DNA of 64,000 nt, taken from NCBI GenBank assembly GCA_030603745.1, contig JAUVXE010000007.1, forward strand, positions 43,392 through 107,391, in the 5' to 3' direction. This document shows, in pieces, positions 43,601 to 52,481 of the stretch. The notes under the pieces are model-generated. The model saw only the letters and a list, made by a program, of their open reading frames with translations, was not told the DNA's origin and ran no database searches. Within the stretch, counting starts at the first letter, position 1. The number at the start of each line of letters is the position of its first letter. Source of the stretch: Coriobacteriia bacterium (GTDB lineage Bacteria > Actinomycetota > Coriobacteriia > Anaerosomatales > SLCP01). The translations under genes and the position numbers were made by a program.

Positions 43601-44809
43601 GTAGCGAGTCAGGTTCTCGCCCGAGCCGAGCGTGAGGGCCATCGGAAGCACCGTGGCGGTCTCCCACCCCGGCTTGAGGGTCTCTGTCACCTCGAACGAG
43701 CCGGGAGGCAACGGCGAGAACACCACCTTGCCGTCCATGTCGGTCGTGCCGTGGATGTCCCACGAGTAGACGTCGTCCCCGCCGGTCGAGGTGAGACGGA
43801 AGTCCCACCCGGGCAGGAACTCGTTCTCCCCCGTGTCACGGACGCCGTTGCGGTTGGTGTCGTAGTACTTGTAGACCGTGACCGATCCGCTCGGCGCCTC
43901 GACGGCGGGAAGCGGGACGGTCTTGCGGCCGAGTCCCTCGATCTGCATGTTGCCCGGCGAGCCGGTGTAGGGTCCCCAGCCGTCTCGAGGCGGGTCCTGC
44001 TGGTTCCAGTAGATGGTGAGCGCCAGATGCGCGCGGAAGTAGATCACCGCGTACTGCCCTGCCGGGATGACGACCTGACCGCCGGCGATCGTGGTCAGGA
44101 GACCGGACGCGTCGACGCCGTACGCGCCGCCGACCGGCACGTCGTGCTGCGAGAGCGCGAGCGGTGACCAGCCAGGCTGCGGCACACGAGGGTCGCCCGT
44201 GGCGGGCTTGGTGCTCGTCAGGTAGTAGAGATAGTCCGTCGTCCGGTCGAAGTAGATGCCCTGGCCGGACTTGTAGTGGAACGCGTCCACGGAAAGCTCG
44301 GGGACAGTCACCTGTACGGCCTGTCCCTTGGTGTTGTCGATGATCAGACGGAACGGGACCCACTCGCCCTCCTGGTACGCCTGGAGGTTGCCTGTGGTCC
44401 AGCCCATGCTCTTGCGGACGCCCTCAAGGCTCACGTCGCCGCTCCCGATGTCGGAGAGGGTGACCTCTTCGGCGAGGGAGGCGAACGGTGCGGGGGCCGA
44501 GCGGGGCGCGGGAGCGGGCTCATCGGCCGGATCGGCCTCTGTCACCGCAGGCGGGTCTTCAGGGTCAGGAGCGGGCGCCGGGTCACCTTCAGACGGAGGC
44601 CCCTCATCCGCCGAGGGCGGTGCGGGCTCTACCGGTACTTCGAGGGGTGTCGCTTCGACCAGCCCCTCTGTCGCGCTCTCCTCGGCAAACGAAACGGGCA
44701 CCGATGTGCCGATGCCCGTGAACATCACGACAACCACGATGGTGAGGTATGTCGTGAACAGCCGGGAGAGCCATGACCGACGCTTCATGCTGCGTGCCAT
44801 CGCTCTCAT
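40688..44809 (-). CDS. LPXTG-anchored cell-surface protein with SdrD-B/Cna-B-like and multiple DUF11 (conserved repeat) domains
   Basis: The C-terminal sorting signal is LPFTGG + [18 protein letters not shown] + RRRARTVG. About eight DUF11-like units are present (e.g. [39 protein letters not shown]). SdrD-B-like units include [24 protein letters not shown] and [23 protein letters not shown]. I chose ATG 44809 (GGAAGGGG RBS) because the track start 44869 lies inside an upstream terminator U-tract. Confidence 0.85.
   Translation of the reverse strand: [1373 protein letters not shown]
42092..43010 (-). repeat. In-frame 606-bp tandem duplication inside the adhesin gene
   Basis: Anchor strings recur exactly 606 nt apart. 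gctgatcgcgggcttgaggatgtcgacgag occurs at 42092 and 42698. A 78-nt block at 42327..42404 matches 42933..43010 with a single mismatch. Confidence 0.8.
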
Positions 44810-44869
44810 CCCCTTCCGCTCCGTGGACACTCCACCTCCCCGCCTGCGGCGGAGTCGGTCGGGGTGCAT

Positions 44870-44909
44870 AGAAAAGACCGGCTCCGTCTGAAAACGAACG
44901 GGCCGGTCT
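44870..44909 (-). terminator. Strong intrinsic terminator upstream of the adhesin start
   Basis: The minus-strand RNA reads GAGACCGGCCCGUucguuuucagACGGAGCCGGUCUUUUCU. That is about 12 bp of GC-rich stem with one bulge, a 10-nt loop and a U-tract. Confidence 0.7.
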
Positions 44910-45095
44910 CACCACTGGCTCCCCGTCGCGTCGTTCGGTGACCGCACTGTGCTGCGACGGATCCATGCCTCCCGCGTCCAGCCTGCACGACTCGCAGGCC
45001 CGCGTCTGGGGATTGTGAAAGAGCGCCTCTCCAGCTACCTATGGGAGACTTTACCCGCTGGTCACGACGGCAGATGGGTGAAGGGCATCATCCAT

Positions 45096-45115
45096 TGGTA
45101 TGAGTGTGGTATGAG
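45096..45115. repeat. Direct repeat TGGTATGAG-tg-TGGTATGAG with 11-bp periodicity
   Basis: Two exact 9-mers whose starts are 11 nt apart, i.e. one helical turn. They lie in the 300-bp non-coding gap between the flavodiiron gene and the adhesin gene. Confidence 0.5.
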
Positions 45116-45166
45116 CCGCTGATGGCCGGCGGGCGCCGGGGCGCACCGGGGCGAGGCAGGGGCCGG

Positions 45167-46366
45167 TCAGGCCCCGGGAAGCTCCCTGACCGCGCGGGCG
45201 TACCGCGCGCCCCACTCCCGCGCCTCCGCGACCTCCTCGGGGCCGGGACGGTACTTCTGCGTGTACGGGTCGAAGGGCAGTTCGAAGCCGATCTCGCCGA
45301 GGCGCTCGGAGATCTGCTTGCACGCGCCGCTCGACCAGCCGTACGAGCCGAAGGCGCCGCCGATCTTGCCCGAGGGCTTGAGTCCCGACAGGTACTGCAG
45401 ATAGCCGGCGACACGGTAGAGCATGCCATGGTGCAGCGTCGGCGAACCCAGCAGGAGCGCGCGGGCGTCGAGGAGGTGCCGGGTCACCCCGGCGACGGGG
45501 CTGACCGCGAGGTCGAACAGCTCGACCTCGACCCCCTCGGCGGCGACGCCGTCGGCGACCGCCCGGGCGAGCGTGTCGGTGGAGCCCCACATCGTGGAGA
45601 ACGCGACCACGATCTTCTCGCGCGTCTCCCCCGCGGTCAGGCGGGCGTACGCGTCGAGCACCGAACCGAGGGCGTCTCCCCGCCAGATCACGCCATGGCT
45701 CGGGGCGATCGTCTCGATCTCCCAGCCGGTGGCCACGACCTTCTCGACGGCCTTGGCGACCTGCCGGCCGAGCGGCATGAGGATGTTGGCGTAGTAGATG
45801 GTGAGCTCCTCGATCGCGAGGTCGAGACCGACCTCGTCGGCGAACCGCTCGGAGGAGGCCATGTGCTGCCCGAACGCGTCGTTGGGCATGAGGACGCGCT
45901 CCTCGGCGCAGTAGGTGAACATCGAGTCCGGCCAGTGCACCATCGGCATGGGCAGGAAGCGCAAGGTGCAGCCGCCGAGGTCGATCACGTCGTCGGCCCC
46001 GACGGCCTCGACCTCGAGTCCACCGTGATACTCGGCCACGCCGGCCACGCCTGAGCGCGACGCGACGACCCGCGCGTTCGGCATCGCCTCCATGATCTGG
46101 CGAAGACCGCTGTTGTGATCGGGCTCGACGTGGTTCACGACGATGAGGTCGACCTCGGCAGGGTCGACGATCGAACCGACACGGGCGAGGAGCTCGTCTG
46201 CGAAGGGCGTCTTCACCGTGTCGACGAGGGCGGTCTTCTCCGCGCCGCGCACAAGGTAGGCGTTGTAGGTCGTGCCGCGGGGGGTCTCGTACCCATGGAA
46301 ATCGCGCAGGTTCCAGTCGATCGCTCCGACCCAGTGGATCCGCTCGGACACCTGGACTGACCGCAT
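45167..46366 (-). CDS. Flavodiiron protein (FprA-type O2/NO reductase: metallo-beta-lactamase-like + flavodoxin-like domains)
   Basis: 399 aa with the diiron motif VVNHVEPDHNSGL and the typical N-terminus IHWVGAIDWNLRDFHGYETPRGTTYNAYLV. The C-terminal flavodoxin-like part reads KIVVAFSTMWGSTDTLA. Confidence 0.9.
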   Translation of the reverse strand: MRSVQVSERIHWVGAIDWNLRDFHGYETPRGTTYNAYLVRGAEKTALVDTVKTPFADELLARVGSIVDPAEVDLIVVNHVEPDHNSGLRQIMEAMPNARVVASRSGVAGVAEYHGGLEVEAVGADDVIDLGGCTLRFLPMPMVHWPDSMFTYCAEERVLMPNDAFGQHMASSERFADEVGLDLAIEELTIYYANILMPLGRQVAKAVEKVVATGWEIETIAPSHGVIWRGDALGSVLDAYARLTAGETREKIVVAFSTMWGSTDTLARAVADGVAAEGVEVELFDLAVSPVAGVTRHLLDARALLLGSPTLHHGMLYRVAGYLQYLSGLKPSGKIGGAFGSYGWSSGACKQISERLGEIGFELPFDPYTQKYRPGPEEVAEAREWGARYARAVRELPGA

Positions 46367-46444
46367 GAGGGCTCCTCTCGCTTCACTGCGGGACGCACGT
46401 AGTCGTATCTACCCGTTGCGCCCGGCGAGGCCGGGGCGAAGAGG

Positions 46445-47452
46445 TCAGGAACTCCGCTTGACGAAGAACTCCGCCATCGAGAGCAGCAGTTTGCGGGCCT
46501 TACTCGGCGGCAGAGCGGCCTCGAGTGTCGCCTGGGCGTCGGTGATGAGCGTGGTGGCGTAGGTGTTGGCGTACTCGACCGAGCCCGCCTCGGCCATGAT
46601 CGCGGCGGCCTCGTCGAGGAGCTCGGGGTCGGTGGCCCGCGCGGAGAGGATCTCGAGCAGCCGCTCGCGGCGCTCGGAGTTCGCCAGCGCGTGGATCGCC
46701 ACGAGCGTGCGCTTGCCCTCGGTGATGTCGGAGCGGAAGTCCTTCTTGGTCGCCTCGCGCGTGCCGGCGATGTTGAGGACGTCGTCTTGGATCTGGAACG
46801 CGAGACCGGCCGCCATGCCGAAGGAGCGCAGCGCCTCGATCTGCTCCTCGGTGCCGCCGCCGATGATCGCGCCCACCGCGAGCGGGATGCCGCCCGAGTA
46901 GAACGCCGTCTTGTGCGTCGCCATGAGCAGGTAGTCGTCGACGGTGAGGTCGAACCGGTGATCACGAGCCCATCCGATGTCGAGCGCCTGACCCTCGATG
47001 GTGCGGGTCGTCATATCGACGAGCTCGGCGAGGACGCGGAGCTTGGTCGCGTCGTCGAGGCCGGTGTCGTGGACGACCGTCCCGCAGACGAGCGAGAGCG
47101 CCAGGTCGCCGGCGTTGATCGCCACGCCCTCGCCCTCGCGGACGTGCATGCACGGCTCGTCGCGGCGCGTGAGCGAGGAGTCCTCGATGTCGTCGTGGAT
47201 GAGCGCGGCGGTGTGGAAGTGCTCGATGGCGGCCGCCGAGGCCCGGGCATGCTCGGGGTCGCCGCCCACCGCCTCGCAGGCGAGGAGGCAGATGAGCGGG
47301 CGGTGGCGCTTGCCCGCGTTGGCGCTGAACGAGGCGACGGGGTCGTAGAGGTAGCGACGCATGTCGGGGTGCGCGCCGTTGTCGAAGAAGGTGGCGAGAT
47401 AGGTGTCGAACTTCTTCGCGTTGCGCTTCAGGTAGAGCTCGAAACCGGTCAT
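46445..47452 (-). CDS. Polyprenyl diphosphate synthase (trans-isoprenyl, GGPP/longer-chain type)
   Basis: 335 aa. First Asp-rich motif is LIHDDIEDSSLTRR; second is FQIQDDVLN. Confidence 0.9.
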   Translation of the reverse strand: MTGFELYLKRNAKKFDTYLATFFDNGAHPDMRRYLYDPVASFSANAGKRHRPLICLLACEAVGGDPEHARASAAAIEHFHTAALIHDDIEDSSLTRRDEPCMHVREGEGVAINAGDLALSLVCGTVVHDTGLDDATKLRVLAELVDMTTRTIEGQALDIGWARDHRFDLTVDDYLLMATHKTAFYSGGIPLAVGAIIGGGTEEQIEALRSFGMAAGLAFQIQDDVLNIAGTREATKKDFRSDITEGKRTLVAIHALANSERRERLLEILSARATDPELLDEAAAIMAEAGSVEYANTYATTLITDAQATLEAALPPSKARKLLLSMAEFFVKRSS

Positions 47453-47600
47453 GCGTCTCCTCGGCGCCGGACGGCCTGGACTCGCCCGCCCCGAGGCTCC
47501 GGGGGTGGCTCACAGGCCGGGCGCACGTCGCCCATTCTACGGGTGGGGCACCACGGCGGGCAAGCCGGCCGGCCGCCGTGGCGCGCGCGAGCTCGCGGGC

Positions 47601-47969
47601 TCACGCCAGGAGGGTCCACCCCCACCAGGTGCCGCCGCCGTAGACCACGACGAACGCGACGTGCTTGACGATGAGCGCCTGCCGCTTGGCGGAGAGATCC
47701 GCCTGCGCGGTCTCCGCCCGCCAGTACGCCAGGCGGACGACCCCGGTCACGGTCACCACGGCAAGGGCGGCGACGAGGAGCCAGAACACGAGCATCGCGG
47801 TCTCTCCGAGCACCTCGGCCGCCTCCGGGGGCACGCCGGGCGTCCGGCGGGACAGGACCCAGATGACGAGCAGGGCCGCCGCCCACGTGCCGGTCGCCAT
47901 GTCGTGCAGGAAGTTGTTGCTGATGCGCGCGTAGGCGCCGACGGTGGGGCCCGATGTGGTCTCACCCAT
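47601..47969 (-). CDS. Small membrane protein of unknown function
   Basis: About 122 aa from ATG 47969, an 8-nt overlap with the fetB-like stop (ATGGGTGA). Three or four hydrophobic helices (WAAALLVIWVL, MLVFWLLVAALAVVTVTGVV, VAFVVVYGGGTWWGW). I do not recognise the family. Confidence 0.5.
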   Translation of the reverse strand: MGETTSGPTVGAYARISNNFLHDMATGTWAAALLVIWVLSRRTPGVPPEAAEVLGETAMLVFWLLVAALAVVTVTGVVRLAYWRAETAQADLSAKRQALIVKHVAFVVVYGGGTWWGWTLLA

Positions 47970-48771
47970 GGGATCGATACCCTTTCTCCAGGTAGATGCC
48001 CTCGGCATCGAAGCGGCGGCGGAACGAGAGGAGCACGGCGAGCACCGACCCTATGGCGGTGGCGGCCGAGACCATGAGCATGACCACGATCTGGTAGTAG
48101 GCCGCCTCGAGCGGGTCCGCGCCCGCGAGCACCTGTCCGGTCATCATGCCCGGGATGAAGACGACGCCGGCCGCGGCCATCGCGTTGATCGTGGGGATGA
48201 GGCCGGCGCGCACCGCGACACGCACCGAGTCGGCCGCCGCCTCCCACGGGGTCGCGCCGAGGGCTGTGAGCGCGAGCACCTCGCCCGCGCGCGCGTCGAG
48301 GTCGGCGAAGGTCCGCTCGAGCGCGAGCGCGATGCCGTTCATCGAGTTGCCGAGGACCATCCCGGCGATCGGGATGACGTAGCGCGCCTCGTACCAGGGC
48401 TCGACACGGATCACGAGGCCGGTCACCGCGAACGTGACCGTGAACCCGGTCAGCAGCATCGTCACGAGGCCCGGGCCGAAGATGCCCGGCGGCGCGTCGG
48501 GGGCGCGCGCGATGATCGTCTGGGCGGCGGCCGCCATCATGAGCACGAGGATCGCGATCACGAGCCAGGCACTGTCGACCCCGAACACCCATCGCAGCAC
48601 CAGGCCGAGCGCGATCAGCTGCAGATAGGTGCGCACCGTGGCCACGGCCAGGTCGCGCTCGAGGCCGAGGGCGAGCCGCAGCGACAGCACGCCCACGACC
48701 ACGATGAAGCCGGTCGACAGGAGCAGCTGCCACGCGCCGATCTCCACCACGCCGCCCGCGAGCTCGTTCAT
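47962..48771 (-). CDS. fetB: YbbM/FetB-family (UPF0014) ABC exporter permease
   Basis: Uses the internal ATG 48771 of track ORF 47962..49215, with an ATGA overlap on the ATPase stop. Motifs: RTYLQLIALGLVL...IPIAGMVLGNSMNG...GATPWEA...IPTINAMAAAGVVFIPGMMTGQVLAG. Confidence 0.75.
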   Translation of the reverse strand: MNELAGGVVEIGAWQLLLSTGFIVVVGVLSLRLALGLERDLAVATVRTYLQLIALGLVLRWVFGVDSAWLVIAILVLMMAAAAQTIIARAPDAPPGIFGPGLVTMLLTGFTVTFAVTGLVIRVEPWYEARYVIPIAGMVLGNSMNGIALALERTFADLDARAGEVLALTALGATPWEAAADSVRVAVRAGLIPTINAMAAAGVVFIPGMMTGQVLAGADPLEAAYYQIVVMLMVSAATAIGSVLAVLLSFRRRFDAEGIYLEKGYRSHG

Positions 48772-49439
48772 CCGCTCACCTCGGCCAACGTGCCGCCTGC
48801 AAGACGCAGCCGGCGGCCGGCGCGCCCGTCTGAGCCGCGGTGGCGGACCCTGAGCACGGCGGCGCCGCGCGCGGCGGCCTCGGCGGTCGCGGTCGCGACG
48901 AGCGTCGCGCTCTCCTCGTCGAGCGCGGCGTCGGGCTCGTCGAGCAGGAGCACCTCCGGCGCGGTGAGCATCACGCGGAGCAGCGCGACCCGGGCCGCCT
49001 GCCCCACGGAGAGCCGCGCGGCGTCGCGGTCGAGGCCGATGTCGGCGGCGAGGCCCACGGAGTCCAGCGCCGAGAGCAGCGCCCGGTCGTCGGGAGCCGA
49101 TGCGGAGCCCTCGGCGGCGTGGACCTTGAGGCGCCAGGGCAGCAGGAGGTTCTCGCGCACGGTCCCCGGACGGATCGCGGGCGTCTGCGGGAGGAGGGCC
49201 ACGCGCGCCCGCCACGCCTGCGCCGGGATCGCCGAGGAGTCCTCGCCCGCCAGCACGAGGCGGCCCGTGGCAGCGGGCAGCAGCCGCGCGAGCGCCCGCA
49301 GCAGCGTGGTCTTGCCCGAGCCGCTCGGCCCGGTGACGTCGGCGACCTCACCGGCGGCGAGCTCGATCCCGACCCCGTCGAGCAACAGCACCCCCTCGGC
49401 GGAGCGGAACGTGATCCCCTGGGCTGAGAGCAGCGTCAC
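48768..49439 (-). CDS. fetA: YbbL/FetA-like ABC transporter ATP-binding protein
   Basis: Uses GTG 49439 within track ORF 48768..49823. Motifs: Walker A GPSGSGKTT, signature LSVGQAARVALLRVM, Walker B LLLDEP. Confidence 0.75.
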   Translation of the reverse strand: MTLLSAQGITFRSAEGVLLLDGVGIELAAGEVADVTGPSGSGKTTLLRALARLLPAATGRLVLAGEDSSAIPAQAWRARVALLPQTPAIRPGTVRENLLLPWRLKVHAAEGSASAPDDRALLSALDSVGLAADIGLDRDAARLSVGQAARVALLRVMLTAPEVLLLDEPDAALDEESATLVATATAEAAARGAAVLRVRHRGSDGRAGRRLRLAGGTLAEVSG

Positions 49440-49444
49440 GCGGT

Positions 49445-49954
49445 CTACCAGCCCTCGTGGTGGACGAGGTCGGCGTCGTAGCGCTCCGAAGGGCCTTTCT
49501 CCTCGGCGGGATGACCGATCGAGAGCACCGCCATCGGCTCGACGCCCTCGGGTATGCCGAGGAGCTCCTTGAGCGGCGCGACCCGCTCCATCTTGGGGTA
49601 GTAGCCGAGCCAGACCGCGCCGAGGCCGAGCGCGTGGGCGGCGAGCAGCGCGTTCTCGACGGCGGCGGCGCAGTCCTGCTGCCACATCACCTCGTGGCGC
49701 AGGTCGGCGGTGTCGCCGCAGACCACGATGCCGAGGGCCGCCTCGGCGAGCATGCCCGCGAACGGGCTCGTGCCGGCGACCGCCGCGAGGCGCTCCGGGT
49801 CGCGGACGACGATGAAGCGCCACGGCTGCTGGTTGCCCGCCGAGGGGGCGGCCATCGCCGCGCGCAGGATCGTCTCGAGGGCCTCCTCGGCGACCGGCTC
49901 GCCCGTGTACCGCCGGATGCTGCGCCTCGAGAGCAGTGCCGTGATCGCGTCCAT
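49445..49954 (-). CDS. Nitroreductase-family flavoprotein
   Basis: 169 aa with RRSIRRYTGEPV...APSAGNQQPWRFIVV...LAAHALGLGAVWLG. Confidence 0.85.
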   Translation of the reverse strand: MDAITALLSRRSIRRYTGEPVAEEALETILRAAMAAPSAGNQQPWRFIVVRDPERLAAVAGTSPFAGMLAEAALGIVVCGDTADLRHEVMWQQDCAAAVENALLAAHALGLGAVWLGYYPKMERVAPLKELLGIPEGVEPMAVLSIGHPAEEKGPSERYDADLVHHEGW

Positions 49955-49960
49955 CGACCG

Positions 49961-50932
49961 CTACGCCTCCTTCGCCGCGTCTCGAGCACGGACCCGCCGC
50001 GCGTCACGCGCGATGACCGGGCTCGTGCCGAAGAGCAGGTCGTTCTCGAACGAGATCCGCTCGAGGGTGGTCAGGTCACGCACGATGCGATCGAGGTTCG
50101 CCGTGACCTCGGGCGAGTCGACGCGCAGGTCGTGCAGGTCGGTCCCGTCGAGCTTACCCTTCTTGCGGGCGTTCGCGTAGGTCTTCCACATCGCCTGACG
50201 GATCCGCGCGCGGTTCGACGGCGCGCGCAACCCGTCCATGATGCGGCCCTTGAGCTCCTGCAGCGTCTCGGCCGAGGGGTTCTTGGGCAGGGCGGCCAGC
50301 TCGCGGCCGATCTCGTCGGCGAAGGGGCGGGAGGTCTCCTGCAGCACGAACTTGACCACGTGCCAGGCGTCGTAGAGGTCGCGCGAGCGCGCGATCCCGC
50401 GGTCGTCGAGCCACAGCCACGCGTGCAGGCGGCGGCGCCAGTCCCACCACATGAGCGGGTTGGAGAGCGCCGTGTCAGGGATGAGGAACCAGCCGGTCTC
50501 GAGCAGCATCGCGCCGAAGACCCCCGAACCCTCCCGCTGCTCGGTGCGCTTCTTGCCGACCCGCGCCCGGTAGACGCCGCACGACGGGGATGACTCCTTG
50601 ACGATCATCGCCCGCACGCCGGCCCGCTCGAGCGCGTCGAGGCACGCGCGGCTGCCGGCTACGAGCGCGTCGGTGACGTCGCGCCCCCGCCGGTCGCGCA
50701 CGGCCGCGCGGCCCGCGAGCACCTCCTGGCCGGTCCCGGTCAGGTGGATGGGCATCCTCGGCACGCCGAAGCCCGCCATGCACTCCGGGCAGACCGGCGT
50801 GAAGGCGAAGTCGGTCCGCTCCCTGCCGAGGAGCGCGAGCGCGTCGAACGCCTTGCCGTTGTAGCGAACCGGGCAGCGGAACACGCACGCGCTGATGCCG
50901 AGGGGGACGGCCCGGGTGATCAGTTCGGCCAC
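49961..50932 (-). CDS. DUF523 + DUF1722 (YbgA-like) protein
   Basis: Start GTG 50932 is uncertain. The DUF523-like part reads GISACVFRCPVRYNG...CPECMAGFGVPR...KESSPSCG. The YbgA-like C-terminal half follows. The gene is divergent from a photolyase gene, as ybgA-phr is arranged in E. coli. Confidence 0.7.
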   Translation of the reverse strand: MAELITRAVPLGISACVFRCPVRYNGKAFDALALLGRERTDFAFTPVCPECMAGFGVPRMPIHLTGTGQEVLAGRAAVRDRRGRDVTDALVAGSRACLDALERAGVRAMIVKESSPSCGVYRARVGKKRTEQREGSGVFGAMLLETGWFLIPDTALSNPLMWWDWRRRLHAWLWLDDRGIARSRDLYDAWHVVKFVLQETSRPFADEIGRELAALPKNPSAETLQELKGRIMDGLRAPSNRARIRQAMWKTYANARKKGKLDGTDLHDLRVDSPEVTANLDRIVRDLTTLERISFENDLLFGTSPVIARDARRVRARDAAKEA

Positions 50933-51053
50933 GGCTCCTCCGCTCGCGTCGGGTCGGCCCTGCGGTCTCGCACGGCCCCGCCGATGCAGAGTGTACCCGT
51001 CCGTCGCGTGGCGCCCGCACGCCGAGGGGTACCTATGCGTGAGGAGGACTCTC

Positions 51054-52481
51054 GTGACGCCTGCGACGATCGTCTGGTTCCGGCGCGACCTGCGGTGCGC
51101 CGACAACGAAGCGCTCACGGCCGCGGCGGCCGCGGGCGGCGCGGTGGTCCCGGCGTTCGTGCACGCGTCGGGCGCCCCGGCGCGCGGCCATGGCGAGCGG
51201 GCGTGGCTCGATCACTCGCTCGCCTCGCTCGACGCGGGCCTGCGCGCGTGCGGCTCGCGCCTCGTGCTGCGCGAAGGAACGAACGCGGGCGACGAGCTCG
51301 CGCGCCTCGCCCGCGAGTGCGGGGCCTCGGCGGTCCACTGCACCCGCGACTGGTCGCCTGCGGGCCTCGCGACCGAGCGCGCGGCCGGCGAGCGGCTCGC
51401 CGAGACCGGGGTGCGGCTGGAGGTCTTCGAGGGCTCGCTGCTCGTGACCCCGGACTCGCTCTCGCCCGCATCGGGCAGTGGCGTGAGCGGCTACCGGGTC
51501 TTCTCGCCGTACTTCGCCGCGTGGGAGCGCGCATGGGCGCCGCACGCTCCCCTGCCGGCCCCCGTACGCCTCCGGGCGCCCGCGCGCTGGCCGTCCTCGG
51601 CGCCGCTTTCCGGACGGCGCTCGGGAGCGGACGGCGCCCCCGACCCCACGACGTGGTGGCGGCCCGGCGAGCCCGGCGCGGGGGAGCGGCTCGCGGCCTT
51701 CACCGACGGTCTCCTCGGCGGGTACGCGGAGGCGCGCGACGTGCCGGGGGTGGACGGGACCTCGCGGCTCTCGCCGCACCTCGCGTTCGGGGAGCTCTCG
51801 CCGCGCCAGGTCGTAGCAGCGGTGAGGGCCGCGGACGGCGGTGACGGCGCACAGGCCCGCGCGTTCGTACGCCAGCTCGCGTGGCGGGAGTTCGCGGCAC
51901 ACGTGGTCTGGCATCATCCGCGCTCCGGCGTCGAGCCGCTGCGGCCCGCGTTCGCCCGGATGCCGTGGCGAGACGATCCGGACGCGCTCGAGGCCTGGCG
52001 GCAGGGACGCACCGGACATCCGCTCGTCGACGCGGGGATGCGCCAGCTCGCGTCCACCGGCTGGATGCACAACCGCGTGAGGATGGTCGCAGCGTCGTTC
52101 CTCGCGAAGGACCTGCTCATCGACTGGACGCACGGCCTCGCGCACTTCGCCGACCTGCTCACCGACCACCACGAGGCCGCGAACGCGTTCAACTGGCAGT
52201 GGGTCGCGGGGTCCGGAGCCGACGCCGCACCGTACTTCCGCGTGTTCAACCCCGCGCTTCAGGCCACGCGCCACGACCCGGACGGCACCTACATCCGCGC
52301 CTGGGTCCCCGAACTCGCCGAGGCGCCCGCGCGCTGGATCGCCCGGCCGTGGGAGCTGCCCGCCGAGGAGGCACGGCGCGCGGGTGTCGCGATCGGTTCG
52401 ACCTATCCCGCGCCGATAGTCGACCACGTCGAGGCACGCCGGCGGGCGCTCGCGGCGTACGCGTCGATCCGCGGCGGGTGA
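51054..52481 (+). CDS. phr: Deoxyribodipyrimidine photolyase (class I CPD type)
   Basis: GTG 51054 follows a GAGGAGG RBS. Motifs: IVWFRRDLRCADNEAL, SRLSPHLAFGELSPRQ, the FAD-binding region GWMHNRVRMVAASFLAKDLLIDW, and NWQWVAGSGADAAPYFRVFNP. Confidence 0.9.
   Translation: MTPATIVWFRRDLRCADNEALTAAAAAGGAVVPAFVHASGAPARGHGERAWLDHSLASLDAGLRACGSRLVLREGTNAGDELARLARECGASAVHCTRDWSPAGLATERAAGERLAETGVRLEVFEGSLLVTPDSLSPASGSGVSGYRVFSPYFAAWERAWAPHAPLPAPVRLRAPARWPSSAPLSGRRSGADGAPDPTTWWRPGEPGAGERLAAFTDGLLGGYAEARDVPGVDGTSRLSPHLAFGELSPRQVVAAVRAADGGDGAQARAFVRQLAWREFAAHVVWHHPRSGVEPLRPAFARMPWRDDPDALEAWRQGRTGHPLVDAGMRQLASTGWMHNRVRMVAASFLAKDLLIDWTHGLAHFADLLTDHHEAANAFNWQWVAGSGADAAPYFRVFNPALQATRHDPDGTYIRAWVPELAEAPARWIARPWELPAEEARRAGVAIGSTYPAPIVDHVEARRRALAAYASIRGG

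Noticed and set aside
44914-45095. Possible c-di-GMP or other known riboswitch in the adhesin leader; the string CCAUAGGUAGCUGGAGAG recalls part of GEMM-I.
   Set aside because: I could not find the other conserved GEMM blocks (GGCAAACC, GACGCAAAGCC) or ydaO-type blocks. The resemblance is a single short string. I kept it only as an unclassified structured-leader hypothesis.
45051-45590. 179-aa minus-strand ORF overlapping the 3' end of the flavodiiron gene and the downstream spacer.
   Set aside because: It is out of frame with the well-supported flavodiiron gene, Arg/Pro-rich and without motifs. Its tail merely reads through the non-coding leader.
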